IMG/VR virus record: IMGVR_UViG_3300045988_187372
DNA length: 64,000 nucleotides
Strand: one strand, 5' to 3'
Origin: a virus
Shown here: piece by piece, positions 38,203 to 48,435 of the stretch
Layout: every line of letters starts with the position of its first letter
Position numbering within the stretch: position 1 is the stretch's first letter
Notes under the pieces: model-generated
The model's input: the letters and a program-made list of their open reading frames with translations, nothing else
Told to the model about the DNA's origin: nothing
Database searches by the model: none
Program-made: the position numbers and the translations under genes

Positions 38203-38465
38203 AAAGTAGGATGTTTAGCATAGATATTATTATATATTTTTATATTTTAATACATCAGCATATAGCAAAAGGATCTATGATTATAACAAGTTTATTCTTT
38301 ATTTAATCCCGCAGGATGTCTCAAAAGAAAACCTGATATAATCATACTTACTATCAGAATATTAAAAAGTAGGATGCTATATATATTATGCCTTAAAATA
38401 TAAATCTGAGTCAGCTTACAACAAATATAATAACCAAATTGTTTTTTATTTTAAAAAGTAGGATG
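38203..38465. repeat. three direct AAAA(A)GTAGGATG repeats in 480-bp noncoding region
   Basis: copies at 38203-38214, 38364-38376, 38453-38465, each followed 12-16 nt later by TATATT/TAAATA-like AT hexamer. Confidence 0.5.
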
Positions 38466-38508
38466 TTGTAAATAATACTCAAAATACTCCATTAATTTGA
38501 AAGCATAT

Positions 38509-38526
38509 ATAATATGACAGAAATAA
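38509..38526 (-). promoter_or_regulatory. conserved promoter motif
   Basis: TAATATGACAGAAATAAA immediately downstream of recA stop; faces the repeat-containing noncoding region. Confidence 0.5.
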
Positions 38527-38544
38527 AAAATAATATGATGATTT

Positions 38545-39639
38545 TTACTCATCAATTACATTTTTTATATTTTTTTCGGTAAAGGATGTAATATTTTCTT
38601 CTCCCTTAAGTCTTTTTCTGATTAAAGTTTCTAATTTATCTTTATATTCCGAGTGCTCTTCTATATATAATTTAGCATTTGCTCTGCCCTGCCATCTTAA
38701 ACTAGAATCTTCTGCATCTGTAAACCAAGCTCCAGTTTTATTGATAAATCCATGTTCAACAGCTAAATCAATTATTTCACCATTCTTGTCTATACCTTTA
38801 CCAAATGAAATTTCAAATGTTGCCTCCTTAAATGGAGGGGCTATTTTATTTTTAACTACCTTTGCTTTTGTTCTGTTAGCAACAATGGCTCCGCCTTCCT
38901 TAATTGACTCAATTCTTCGTACATCAATTCTTACAGAAGAGTAAAACTTTAATGCTCGTCCCCCAGTTGTTGTTTCTGGGTTGCCAAACATAATTCCAAC
39001 CTTTTCTCTTAACTGATTAATAAAAATAACTGAACAATTACTTTTACTTACAACGGGAGTCAATTTCCTTAAAGCCTGCGACATAAGTCTTGCTTGTAAT
39101 CCAACATGTGAATCCCCCATTTCTCCATCAATTTCTGCCTTAGGTACAAGAGCTGCTACAGAATCTATTACAACCAAATCTAAAGCTCCGGATCTTACCA
39201 TTGTTTCTGCTATTTCTAAAGCCTGTTCTCCGCTGTCTGGCTGTGAAATATATAAATTATTTATATCCACACCTAAATTAGAAGCATAAACAGGGTCTAA
39301 TGCATGTTCAGCATCAATAAACCCGGCAATTCCACCATTTTTTTGTGTTTCTGCAATCATATGCAAGGTTAAGGTTGTTTTACCACTTGATTCCGGGCCA
39401 AATACTTCTACAATTCTTCCTTTTGGAATTCCTCCGCCTAAAGCCTGATCCAGTGCTAAGGAACCTGATGAAAATGTTTCAACATTTAATTTCTTTGTAT
39501 CACCTAATTTAAAAACAGAACCTTTACCATAAGTCTTTTCAATTTCTAACATTGCAGCATCAAGTGCTTTTAATTTGTCATTTGAAATTGATTCGTTACC
39601 CTGTGTTTCGGCATTAATATTCTTTGGTGGTCTTCCCAT
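38545..39639 (-). CDS. recA: recombinase RecA
   Basis: [20 protein letters not shown] Walker A, L2/L1 loop regions, full-length 364 aa. Confidence 0.9.
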   Translation of the reverse strand: MGRPPKNINAETQGNESISNDKLKALDAAMLEIEKTYGKGSVFKLGDTKKLNVETFSSGSLALDQALGGGIPKGRIVEVFGPESSGKTTLTLHMIAETQKNGGIAGFIDAEHALDPVYASNLGVDINNLYISQPDSGEQALEIAETMVRSGALDLVVIDSVAALVPKAEIDGEMGDSHVGLQARLMSQALRKLTPVVSKSNCSVIFINQLREKVGIMFGNPETTTGGRALKFYSSVRIDVRRIESIKEGGAIVANRTKAKVVKNKIAPPFKEATFEISFGKGIDKNGEIIDLAVEHGFINKTGAWFTDAEDSSLRWQGRANAKLYIEEHSEYKDKLETLIRKRLKGEENITSFTEKNIKNVIDE

Positions 39640-39674
39640 ATTTAATTCCTCCTAAAAAATGATTTATACATTGA

Positions 39675-39690
39675 TATATATGACAGTTTT
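39675..39690 (-). promoter_or_regulatory. conserved promoter motif
   Basis: TATATGACAGTTTTTG upstream of recA. Confidence 0.55.
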
Positions 39691-39729
39691 TGTTGAACAA
39701 TTTTTTACATAAATTAATTTAATTTATAT

Positions 39730-40221
39730 TTAAGAGACATTTTGTTTAAGCAACTCTTCTCTCTTTTTATCTAAATAGACTACACCAACAGCATATGAAG
39801 CCCAGATATCTTTTTTAAAGCCATAAAACCATCCCGGATTCTTTTTAGTTCCTACAATTCCAAATCTATCTATTAATGCTTGCCTTATATTCGCATCCTT
39901 TGCTCTCGAATCATGGCAAATAAATTGTTTTTCTTCTATTCTGTATATTTGCGTCCATTTAATATTTCTGCTTTCAGTTACTTGAATGAATCTGCCAATC
40001 CATACACATGTATCAAATACAGTTTTTCCTACTGCCATACCATATGAAGCTATCATTTCTATTGCTAAAATATCAAAATCAATTTTATTCATTAATTTTA
40101 ATAATTCATTATTATCTAATAATCCTTTGTCCAATATATGATAATTACTATCTAATAATGAATAAGCCGATTTAACATCTCCTGGATCTATTGCTAATAT
40201 AATCTGTCTATTATTTTCCAT
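39730..40221 (-). CDS. RuvC-like Holliday junction resolvase (putative)
   Basis: ILAIDPGDVKSAYSL N-terminal catalytic Asp motif and downstream AIEMI acidic residue; 163 aa. Confidence 0.5.
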   Translation of the reverse strand: MENNRQIILAIDPGDVKSAYSLLDSNYHILDKGLLDNNELLKLMNKIDFDILAIEMIASYGMAVGKTVFDTCVWIGRFIQVTESRNIKWTQIYRIEEKQFICHDSRAKDANIRQALIDRFGIVGTKKNPGWFYGFKKDIWASYAVGVVYLDKKREELLKQNVS

Positions 40222-40252
40222 ATTTTTCCTCCAATATATATAACTTTATATT

Positions 40253-40268
40253 AAAAATATGACAGCTT
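40253..40268 (-). promoter_or_regulatory. conserved promoter motif
   Basis: AATATGACAGCTTAAA upstream of RuvC-like gene. Confidence 0.55.
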
Positions 40269-40351
40269 AAAAAGAAAAATAAGACAATCTCAAATCAATG
40301 AAATTGCCTTATTTATTAAAATATTTAGTTGCTGTGTTGTGTATTCAGATA

Positions 40352-42127
40352 TTAATAATCAATATCTTCGAAAATAATCTGTGGAGTTGTTACGCCATTC
40401 CATGTATTTTCACTTAATCTTCCATATAAAGTTAAAACAGTTGGTTCTCCAAGCTTTTCAAATTTTTCAACTAACCCGCCAAAATTAATTGCGTTAGCCT
40501 GATTATTAAAGAGTTTTAAAACCTTTTTTTCAGCACCCAAAAGCTGATAATATACACCTTTTCTTAGTTCTGTCATATAAGAAATTTTATATCTTGGCTC
40601 TTCAAATCCTTTTCCAAAAATGTAATTATGAAAGGCTTCCTGCTCTTCCTTTACCTGCTCTACTGTAATATCGTAATCATAATACTTGTAATTGAACTCT
40701 TTTGGCTTTTCTCCTGCAGCTTCATGTATAGCTTCAATAAACTTATCCATATTTTCAGCTTTAACTTCTGAAATACCTGCTGCATACGGATGTCCTCCAT
40801 AATTACCCATATACTGCTTAACCTGATCTAATAATAACTTCATATTAACATTTGCCCCTTCAATTTCTGGTGCTCTTGCAGAACCTTTATAGGCGGTACC
40901 ATTATTTATTGGAGCAAATACAATAACAGAAGTATTGTATTCTTCCTGTAACTTACCGGCAATTAAGCCAATAACTCCCGGATGTATTTCTCCTTCCTTA
41001 CCACATATAACAATAGGATAGTCATTTTCCATATGAGCTTCCTCTATACGCTGTTTTAAAACAGGTAAAAGGTCATTAGTATATGCCTTTCTTTTTTCGT
41101 TTGCTTCTACTAGAACCTTTGCTTTTGCAATTGCTGTAACAAAGTCATTGTCATTCTGAAGGAAAAGGTCTACTACCTGATTAGAACCAAAAGTTTCCAG
41201 TCTTGAAATAGCGTTAATGGTAGGACTTATTAAATAAGCTAAATCATCAGTTGTTACAACAGTTTCAAGATCAGGTTTAAGACCTACAAGTAAGCAGAAC
41301 ATTCCGGTTGTACGTCCAGAATTCTGTGTTAATGTGAATAGCCCGTTCTTGAGTATTAAATAATTATCATATCCATATACTCCATTAATATTTTCAATTA
41401 AATTAACACTATCACCAACAGTTGCAATAGCAGCAAGACCGTTTATCTTATCTATTGTTTCATCTTTAATATACCATTCTGGCAAATTTAATTGCTTAAT
41501 ATGCTGAGCAAATTTATATACAAGCCCTGCACCACAATAATCTGAGAATTTTGCACCACAATCAACTGCATGAGGATCAATAATTACATCTGCAGGTGGC
41601 AATATTTTTTTTTTATTGGTTTCGTCAATAACTGGAAGGTGATGATCTAAAATAAGAACACTCCAACCTAATTCTTTTGCCTTTGTTATTGCATCAAGAG
41701 CTGCGATACCATTATCTACAGTTATTAATAATCCTGTATCATAATTTTTTATAACTGGTAAACCATGAATTGATATTTCGTTACATAAATATTCTACAAT
41801 ATTTGCAGAAGCTCCATATCCATCTAATTCTCTATCTGGTATATACCATTTTACATCTGAGAATTTAAGGTCTAATAACATAAGATTTAATTCAGATGTT
41901 GAACATATTCCATCGGTATCATAATCTCCTATTATTCTAACTGGCTTATATTTAAATAAACTAAGTAAATTAAACGCCTTGTCAAAATCGGAAATTTTAT
42001 AATATTCAGATGTTTCTCTACCATTATTAAAATCAGCAAAATATTTATTTGCTTTTTCAATAAAATTTACCTCATCAGTATTTTTCTTCTTCCATGTTAT
42101 ACACATATAATTTGTTCTCCTTTTCAA
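40352..42127 (-). CDS. RecJ-like DHH-family ssDNA exonuclease
   Basis: IIGDYDTDGI (DxD), ILDHHLP (DHH), YGGHPYAAGI (DHHA1 GGH). Confidence 0.75.
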   Translation of the reverse strand: MKRRTNYMCITWKKKNTDEVNFIEKANKYFADFNNGRETSEYYKISDFDKAFNLLSLFKYKPVRIIGDYDTDGICSTSELNLMLLDLKFSDVKWYIPDRELDGYGASANIVEYLCNEISIHGLPVIKNYDTGLLITVDNGIAALDAITKAKELGWSVLILDHHLPVIDETNKKKILPPADVIIDPHAVDCGAKFSDYCGAGLVYKFAQHIKQLNLPEWYIKDETIDKINGLAAIATVGDSVNLIENINGVYGYDNYLILKNGLFTLTQNSGRTTGMFCLLVGLKPDLETVVTTDDLAYLISPTINAISRLETFGSNQVVDLFLQNDNDFVTAIAKAKVLVEANEKRKAYTNDLLPVLKQRIEEAHMENDYPIVICGKEGEIHPGVIGLIAGKLQEEYNTSVIVFAPINNGTAYKGSARAPEIEGANVNMKLLLDQVKQYMGNYGGHPYAAGISEVKAENMDKFIEAIHEAAGEKPKEFNYKYYDYDITVEQVKEEQEAFHNYIFGKGFEEPRYKISYMTELRKGVYYQLLGAEKKVLKLFNNQANAINFGGLVEKFEKLGEPTVLTLYGRLSENTWNGVTTPQIIFEDIDY

Positions 42128-42141
42128 TATTATTTAACAAA

Positions 42142-42157
42142 TTAATGACAGAAAAAT
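42142..42157 (-). promoter_or_regulatory. conserved promoter motif
   Basis: TTAATGACAGAAAAAT upstream of RecJ-like gene. Confidence 0.55.
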
Positions 42158-42211
42158 AAAATAAAAAGCATACATTATATTGTTTTATGCAATACAATGT
42201 ATACTTCTGAA

Positions 42212-42598
42212 TCATAAATAGAAAAACAACCCTGAATAATAATACTTAGGAAGTTTATCTATCTCTTTACAAATTTGAATAATTCTTTCATCCACTAAAA
42301 AAGAATATTGTTTTACTCTTCTTACATCAGATTTAAAATAATGTACATCATTTATAAATCCTATAAGAAAAGTAAAGAATATAACATAAGACAAAATACT
42401 TATTATACTTAATATAATATGTATTAAACCTGTAGTTAATAAATTCAAATTTGTAAAAATAGAAATTAACAAAGTTACACATAACTTTGTCTGCTGCATA
42501 GCTGTATATTTTTCAATATCACGCCAATAAGTTGTATAACCTGCAGCAACAGAGTTATATTTCTTTAAGAAAAAATGATTTAATATATTTTTATTCAT
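42212..42598 (-). CDS. membrane protein
   Basis: 128 aa with TM helices. Confidence 0.5.
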   Translation of the reverse strand: MNKNILNHFFLKKYNSVAAGYTTYWRDIEKYTAMQQTKLCVTLLISIFTNLNLLTTGLIHIILSIISILSYVIFFTFLIGFINDVHYFKSDVRRVKQYSFLVDERIIQICKEIDKLPKYYYSGLFFYL

Positions 42599-42642
42599 TA
42601 TTTCTTCTCCTTTATTAATTATATTCTGATAGATATATGACA

Positions 42643-42658
42643 GAAAAATTAATAGGAG
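42643..42658 (-). promoter_or_regulatory. conserved promoter motif
   Basis: ATATATGACAGAAAAA upstream of 42212..42598. Confidence 0.6.
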
Positions 42659-43004
42659 TATGTATATAATTTTTATTCCCTTATTACAATAAATGATAAA
42701 GTAATTTTTAGACTTAATTTAATTAATATGAAAATATCAAATTTATTAATAATAGAGTATGGAGTTTTACTATAATTTTTATAAAATTACATTTTAGAAA
42801 ACAAATAATTACTAAAATATAAATCAGCTTATTAATAGATTAATTTGTATATCAAAAATATTCAAAAATATAATTCTGGGTGCTGTTGATATTTTTAAAA
42901 TTCATAAAAATAATATATGAAATGATTCATTTGCTTTTAGGGTAACTTTAATAAGAATACCGTGTATACGCTATTCAAAATCCTAAAATATTGAAATTAT
43001 TTTT

Positions 43005-44771
43005 TTATAAATCAAATACTAGCCTGTAATTTGCATTAAGAGCAATACTTACGTCATTATGACTTAAGCTATGTTTATTCATAAATCCGCAGGCATCAAG
43101 TTTAAAGATGATATCGTCAACATCATCTTTCCATAGTCCCCATTTTTTATCCTGATAATATATTTTTTCAAATAAATTAAAAAAGCTTGAATTTAAAATA
43201 AATTCCTTTATTTTCTTTTTAAGTATTCTATATTTGTTTGCATATTTTTTTATTGTATCTAACTTTTCTTTATATTTTTTTACAAGCTTTTGTTTGTCTA
43301 CTATGGGATTCCTCCGTGTAGCGCTAACAATTTTTCTTTTATTAACCTCTTTGATATTATTTTTTATCTGTTCAAGTCTGTCAGCATCTTCAGTAAGCTT
43401 TCGTGAAATTACATTTGAAGATACATGCAATTCTTTCATTATTTCCTTATATGTTTTACCCATTGCATATAATTCTACAATTTTATTATATTTAAATTCT
43501 CTTCGTTTTTTGTTTCTTTCTACCTGTTCTTTTTTCTTTAACTTTTCTTCCATTCTATAGCCTTCAAGATTTTTAAGGCCATATTCTCTTCTTGCTGTAA
43601 GTGGATCCAATCCTAACCCTTTTATGAAGGTCGTTGTTTTAAATTTACACCAATTCACATTATTAACATTATTAAAATCTTTGAATGTAAATAATTCTAA
43701 TTCATCAATTGATAATGGCTCTGAAGTTTTATTTGTTAGCTTCAGCATTTCCTTTTTGGCAGTTTCATCATCATATGCTGCTCTTAAAGTATTATATGCG
43801 TAATAGGCAAAATCTAATTTATCAACATACTTAGGAACAGCATCCTTAGCAAAATTATTAAGGAATTCTATTCTGTTTATTAAATTATCCTGTAAATATG
43901 AAGGAAGATTTAATTTATTGCTGTTTTTGCTGTCTGAATCTTCATAGTTTACAATATCATGCAATCTATCATTATTCTTTATAAAATATAAAGGATGTAA
44001 TGTGTTATATAAATCATGTACAGTTGTTTTATTCTTATTAATAAATAATAATGTTGGAGTCTCAAAATTTATTGCATCATAAGTTCCAGGTACACGAATT
44101 AAAGAGTCACATTTTACTGACTCTTTGTCTACTTCAGGGAAACCTAATGAAATTCCATTCATGTCTATTTGTTTATTTATAACCTGTGACAATACCTTTC
44201 CTACCAGATTATATTTCCACAAGAGATCCTTTGATAATTCTTCAATGCCATATATTAATTCAACTTCATTATATATAGCGTTAATAATATTAGGCTTTGG
44301 GGCATCTCCTAAAATACAATCATAGTTATTGAGGAAATATTGAATATTGTCTTTATAATCTTCTTCTGGCCATATTATTCTTACACATATAGCTTTTAGA
44401 CAGAATATATTTTTTTCACACCTAGCCATTCGCTTTTGTATTCTACTATGTGGTGTCTTACCAGTACTATACCCTGAAGTAGAAAAACCTATTTCAATTT
44501 TGTCGTAGAATTCTTTATCTGAAACAACAGATGTCTTTAATGGGTTAATGCACATATATCTATTATATTCTTCGTTCAAATAATCCTTATTGAGATTAGA
44601 AAGCACATCTTCTGCATTAGACCTAAAAACTGCTGTCTTAGATGAATCATTAACATTTAATGCAACAAATTGATAATGGCATTGATACTGCTTATTCTCT
44701 TGTTCTGTTATAAATTTAATAGCTCTCTTCTCATTTTTATCTGCACAATTTAAAAATTTTTGTTTTGTCAT
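43005..44771 (-). CDS. replication protein with PriCT-like motif and C-terminal HTH (putative)
   Basis: likely start MTKQKFLN at 44771 (promoter motif 44805-44820 sits inside the longer GTG-started track ORF); LIRVPGTYDAINFE resembles PriCT RvPGt.N motif; HTH YAMGKTYKEIMKELHVSSNVISRKL. Confidence 0.45.
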   Translation of the reverse strand: MTKQKFLNCADKNEKRAIKFITEQENKQYQCHYQFVALNVNDSSKTAVFRSNAEDVLSNLNKDYLNEEYNRYMCINPLKTSVVSDKEFYDKIEIGFSTSGYSTGKTPHSRIQKRMARCEKNIFCLKAICVRIIWPEEDYKDNIQYFLNNYDCILGDAPKPNIINAIYNEVELIYGIEELSKDLLWKYNLVGKVLSQVINKQIDMNGISLGFPEVDKESVKCDSLIRVPGTYDAINFETPTLLFINKNKTTVHDLYNTLHPLYFIKNNDRLHDIVNYEDSDSKNSNKLNLPSYLQDNLINRIEFLNNFAKDAVPKYVDKLDFAYYAYNTLRAAYDDETAKKEMLKLTNKTSEPLSIDELELFTFKDFNNVNNVNWCKFKTTTFIKGLGLDPLTARREYGLKNLEGYRMEEKLKKKEQVERNKKRREFKYNKIVELYAMGKTYKEIMKELHVSSNVISRKLTEDADRLEQIKNNIKEVNKRKIVSATRRNPIVDKQKLVKKYKEKLDTIKKYANKYRILKKKIKEFILNSSFFNLFEKIYYQDKKWGLWKDDVDDIIFKLDACGFMNKHSLSHNDVSIALNANYRLVFDL

Positions 44772-44804
44772 AAATAACCTCGCTATGAAAATCTTATATA
44801 TATC

Positions 44805-44820
44805 TTTATGACAGACAAAA
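44805..44820 (-). promoter_or_regulatory. conserved promoter motif
   Basis: TTTATGACAGACAAAA upstream of start 44771. Confidence 0.5.
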
Positions 44821-44882
44821 AAATTTTTTTTCTTACACAAAAAAAATAGTGCCATTTCTGACACTATTAAAACTTGGATATA

Positions 44883-46808
44883 TTAGTAATTATACGAAAA
44901 TGACATATGATTATTTAAATGTTTTAAATATGGGGTAAGATATACTTTACGTTCATGATATATTTCTGGGACACATAAGTACATTTGTTTTTTTGCTCTT
45001 GTAATAGCAACATAGAATACTCTTAGATTTTCCTGTCTTTCTTCTTCAGCCATGCTCATAGCATTAAATCCTGGGTAAACTCCTGTAACACAATCAAGTA
45101 CAAATACATATTCCCATTCCAAACCTTTTGCTGAATGTACTGTTGAAATAACCAAGCCCTCTTCTTCATCTTTGTTATCCATCCCTAAAGTTAAATTATC
45201 AAGAAAAGCGTTTAAAGATTTGTGATTATTAAACACTGTACATAATTCATACAACTGTTTTAAAATATTTTTATCATCATCTAATTTATCCTGTTCATTT
45301 ATTTTTTGCTCTTCATTTAATTTAGCATTTTCCAATAATTCTTTTCTTTGTTCAATATAATATTCATTTATTTTTAGCACAAGATCAGGGATACTTAACT
45401 GGTTCCTATAATACTTGATTCTAAAATTCAAAATTGTATTATGCAATTTTTCCATGTCTTGATGAAATTTTTTTGTTGGATATTCATGCAGCAAGAAATC
45501 TTTTTCTGTTACATGTTCTACAATATTCCTTGCATATGTATCACCAATTCCATATATTAATTGCAATATTCTAAACCACGCTAATGTGTCAATTGGATTA
45601 GCAATAACTCTTAAATAGGCTAAGATATCCTGGACAGCTTCTCTTTCAAAAAATTTAGGGCCGCCAACTTTTTTGTATGGAATATTATTATTCATTAACA
45701 ATGTTTCCAATATAGCTGAATCTCTGGAATACTTCTCTAGCACTGCTATATCCTTATATGGGACATTTTTATTATGCAGCTTAATTATTCTATTTAAAAT
45801 GCAGGTTGCCTCTTCTGCCTGATTTTGAAGACTTATGACTTCAGGCATAGTTCCTTGTTTATTATTACTTGTCATATTCTTAGGATATCCAAAATTAGCA
45901 TACCGGTTCATAACTGAATTTGCTAAATTAAGTATTTCTGTAGTGGAACGATAATTCTTTTCAAGTTTTATTACTTTGCAATTTTTATGCTTTTTAGGGA
46001 AATTAATAAAGTTAGACACATTGCTTCCTCTGAAAGCATAGATGCTTTGATAATCATCTCCTACAACTGCTAGATTCTCATATTTCTGAGCCATTTTAAA
46101 TATAATTCTTTCCTGCAGATTATTGGTATCTTGATACTCATCTACCATAATGTATTTATAACTGCTTGAAATTTGATTTCTGACAGCTTTATTATCTAAT
46201 AATTCGTTAAAGTATATTAACAAATCATCATAATCTACCAGATTATTTTCCTTTTTATAATTTTTGTATTTTTCAAACAGCTCAGTATATATATATGATA
46301 AAAATGCCAAGTTACTATCTTTAAGCCCAATAACTGTTTCTAATGGTAAATCTTGATTAATTGACATGCTAAATATTTTGGCGATTTCAGATACAGAGAA
46401 GCCGCTTTTTATTTTATATTTTTCTGGATTTTCAGCTATAAGAAGTTTAATTGTATTTACAACATCGCTCTCAGAAAGTATAGTAAAGTTTTTTCTTAGA
46501 CCAACTAAAACTCCATATATCCTTAACATTTTGGCACAAAAAGAATGATATGTACATGCAGTAATTTTATTGCATCTTTCATCTAATATTTGTGCAGCTC
46601 TTTCACTCATTTCATTAGCTGCCTTATTAGTGAATGTTAAAAGCAGAATACTCTGAGGTGGAATTCCATTTTCTATCATATATGCAACTCTATGTATTAA
46701 TGTTGCTGTTTTGCCTGTACCTGCTCCTGCAATAATAAGTAATGGCCCATCAATTGTTGTAGCAGCTTCATATTGCTGCTCATTTAAAACAGCTTTATAA
46801 TCAATCAT
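44883..46808 (-). CDS. UvrD/Rep-like SF1 DNA helicase
   Basis: IIAGAGTGKTATL Walker A, MVDEYQDTN motif II, YRST, VHSAKGLEWEYVFV motif VI region. Confidence 0.85.
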   Translation of the reverse strand: MIDYKAVLNEQQYEAATTIDGPLLIIAGAGTGKTATLIHRVAYMIENGIPPQSILLLTFTNKAANEMSERAAQILDERCNKITACTYHSFCAKMLRIYGVLVGLRKNFTILSESDVVNTIKLLIAENPEKYKIKSGFSVSEIAKIFSMSINQDLPLETVIGLKDSNLAFLSYIYTELFEKYKNYKKENNLVDYDDLLIYFNELLDNKAVRNQISSSYKYIMVDEYQDTNNLQERIIFKMAQKYENLAVVGDDYQSIYAFRGSNVSNFINFPKKHKNCKVIKLEKNYRSTTEILNLANSVMNRYANFGYPKNMTSNNKQGTMPEVISLQNQAEEATCILNRIIKLHNKNVPYKDIAVLEKYSRDSAILETLLMNNNIPYKKVGGPKFFEREAVQDILAYLRVIANPIDTLAWFRILQLIYGIGDTYARNIVEHVTEKDFLLHEYPTKKFHQDMEKLHNTILNFRIKYYRNQLSIPDLVLKINEYYIEQRKELLENAKLNEEQKINEQDKLDDDKNILKQLYELCTVFNNHKSLNAFLDNLTLGMDNKDEEEGLVISTVHSAKGLEWEYVFVLDCVTGVYPGFNAMSMAEEERQENLRVFYVAITRAKKQMYLCVPEIYHERKVYLTPYLKHLNNHMSFSYNY

Positions 46809-46840
46809 AAATTATTACAATCCTTTCCATTATTAAATTT

Positions 46841-46899
46841 ATGAACTACTCACAACCGACTATTGTCAGATGGAGTTTTCTTACTATTTTTCAATAAAA
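46841..46899. repeat. 60-nt conserved structured repeat, copy 5
   Basis: ATGAACTACTCACAACCGACTATTGTCAGATGGAGTTTTCTTACTATTTTTCAATAAAAA in helicase 5'UTR. Confidence 0.7.
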
Positions 46900-46910
46900 A
46901 TCTTTTATTT

Positions 46911-46926
46911 AAAATATGACAGATTT
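46911..46926 (-). promoter_or_regulatory. conserved promoter motif
   Basis: AAATATGACAGATTTA; transcript passes through repeat copy 5 before UvrD-like helicase. Confidence 0.55.
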
Positions 46927-46960
46927 ATAGTGGATTTTTCTTACATAAAAAAAGAGAAGC

Positions 46961-47704
46961 TTATTGCTCCTCTTTTTCAATTCTTATTTCAACAATCTCA
47001 CCTTTGAAATAATCATTAACAGATTCAATATTACCTGAATGTATTACTTTATTATCCAATAATGGAGTATCTACAATAAATTCTATTACAGATCCATTTG
47101 GATTCTGCCTATGCGTCAGTTTATCTGTATGTTCATCAGATTTAGCTTCAGCAAAAATACAGGGAATAATAGTTCCGTTTTCTAAAACCACATCAATTTT
47201 TTTACCTATAATCTTTGTATAATATGAACCTACTGCTATACAATATCTATCATTTACCATTCTAAGACCAGTATTAACATCAGTATAAGCTTCGTTATTC
47301 TGTATATCAAATTGCTTAGATGTTTTATCTGTAATTGTTCTATAATCCATAAAGGATTTGAAATGGCAATTATCAGGAGTATCATATAATTCATATTCAG
47401 ATAAATAAATATTAGGAATATCGTTTTTATCCGAATCGGATTCTAAATCTGAATTATCTTCATTAACTTCAACTTCTTCAATTGTTTGGCAATTAACATC
47501 ATCATCTAATGAATTATCTGATATTTTCTTTTGAATTGTTGTAAAAAAAGCTGATTGATTAAGCTTTATTGTATGGTTTGTAAAATTAGAACATCTTTTG
47601 TTTTCAGCAGCATACACATATGGCTTAAAATTACATAAGCAAATACACAGTGAAAATAAAAATAAACTTAAAGTAACATTGAATTGTTTTAAAAATTTTT
47701 TCAT
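46961..47704 (-). CDS. secreted protein, possible 3D/DPBB-like cell-wall-associated domain
   Basis: signal peptide; C-terminal YCIAVGSYYT...IDVVLENGTIIPC...FIVDT. Confidence 0.4.
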   Translation of the reverse strand: MKKFLKQFNVTLSLFLFSLCICLCNFKPYVYAAENKRCSNFTNHTIKLNQSAFFTTIQKKISDNSLDDDVNCQTIEEVEVNEDNSDLESDSDKNDIPNIYLSEYELYDTPDNCHFKSFMDYRTITDKTSKQFDIQNNEAYTDVNTGLRMVNDRYCIAVGSYYTKIIGKKIDVVLENGTIIPCIFAEAKSDEHTDKLTHRQNPNGSVIEFIVDTPLLDNKVIHSGNIESVNDYFKGEIVEIRIEKEEQ

Positions 47705-47734
47705 AATGTTTCTCCATCAATATATTGTTCATTA

Positions 47735-47752
47735 TATATATGACAGAGAAAA
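47735..47752 (-). promoter_or_regulatory. conserved promoter motif
   Basis: TATATATGACAGAGAAAA upstream of 46961..47704. Confidence 0.55.
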
Positions 47753-47792
47753 AAGTCTTTATGCGATTAAACACAAAGACTTTTACAATAGT

Positions 47793-48413
47793 TTATCTGG
47801 ATATATCTTCTTCCATATTTTTTATATTTAATTGTTTATTTTGTGTCTTTTGAATAGATTTAATAATTTTAATTCTATCATCTGGGGACAGGCTTTGTGA
47901 TAATTCAGCAAGCTTTTTAAAAGAACAATACTCCTGACCGTTAATTATCATAATATCTCCTTTTTCAATATATCCTTCATCCTCTTTTAATAAATCGAAT
48001 ACATTACTGTTTATATTTTGTTTTATTTCAGATTTATTATTATTTAAATTATCATCTTTATTAACAACTTCAGAATCAATTTTATTATTCCATTGTGAAC
48101 TTATATTGATTTCATCATCATTAATTGTATAGATCACAGTACCTTCATTATCTTCAAATATTACTTTTTCCCAAAATAATCCACAATCAAAATCATTTAC
48201 TATAATATTCAGTTCTTCATCTAAAAATCTTGTGTCGCTATCATATTCATCTGCTGCATCTCCTAAAATTTCAGCTTCTGAACATTCAAAGTATTCTTCA
48301 TCTTGAGTTTCAGAATCACTAATATTTATTAAAACAGATTGATTATTTTTAAGTTTTATTTCCATATATTCAGGAATATTCATATAGTTATTTGCATAAC
48401 ATTTTATTTTCAT
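47793..48413 (-). CDS. acidic hypothetical protein
   Basis: 206-aa ORF. Confidence 0.5.
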   Translation of the reverse strand: MKIKCYANNYMNIPEYMEIKLKNNQSVLINISDSETQDEEYFECSEAEILGDAADEYDSDTRFLDEELNIIVNDFDCGLFWEKVIFEDNEGTVIYTINDDEINISSQWNNKIDSEVVNKDDNLNNNKSEIKQNINSNVFDLLKEDEGYIEKGDIMIINGQEYCSFKKLAELSQSLSPDDRIKIIKSIQKTQNKQLNIKNMEEDISR

Positions 48414-48435
48414 ACGGCCTCCTAAAAAATTGGTT

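Noticed and set aside
38203-38465. CRISPR array
   Set aside because: There are only three 12-13-nt repeats with unequal spacing (161 and 89 bp) and no adjacent cas genes. This is not CRISPR-like.
15511-46899. 18-codon ORF (MNYSQPTLVGWSFLA...) inside the 60-nt repeat
   Set aside because: It lies antisense to all surrounding transcription and has no RBS. Two copies have non-ATG starts or an in-frame TGA. The conservation is better explained by the hairpin structure. It is kept only as an alternative in the finding.
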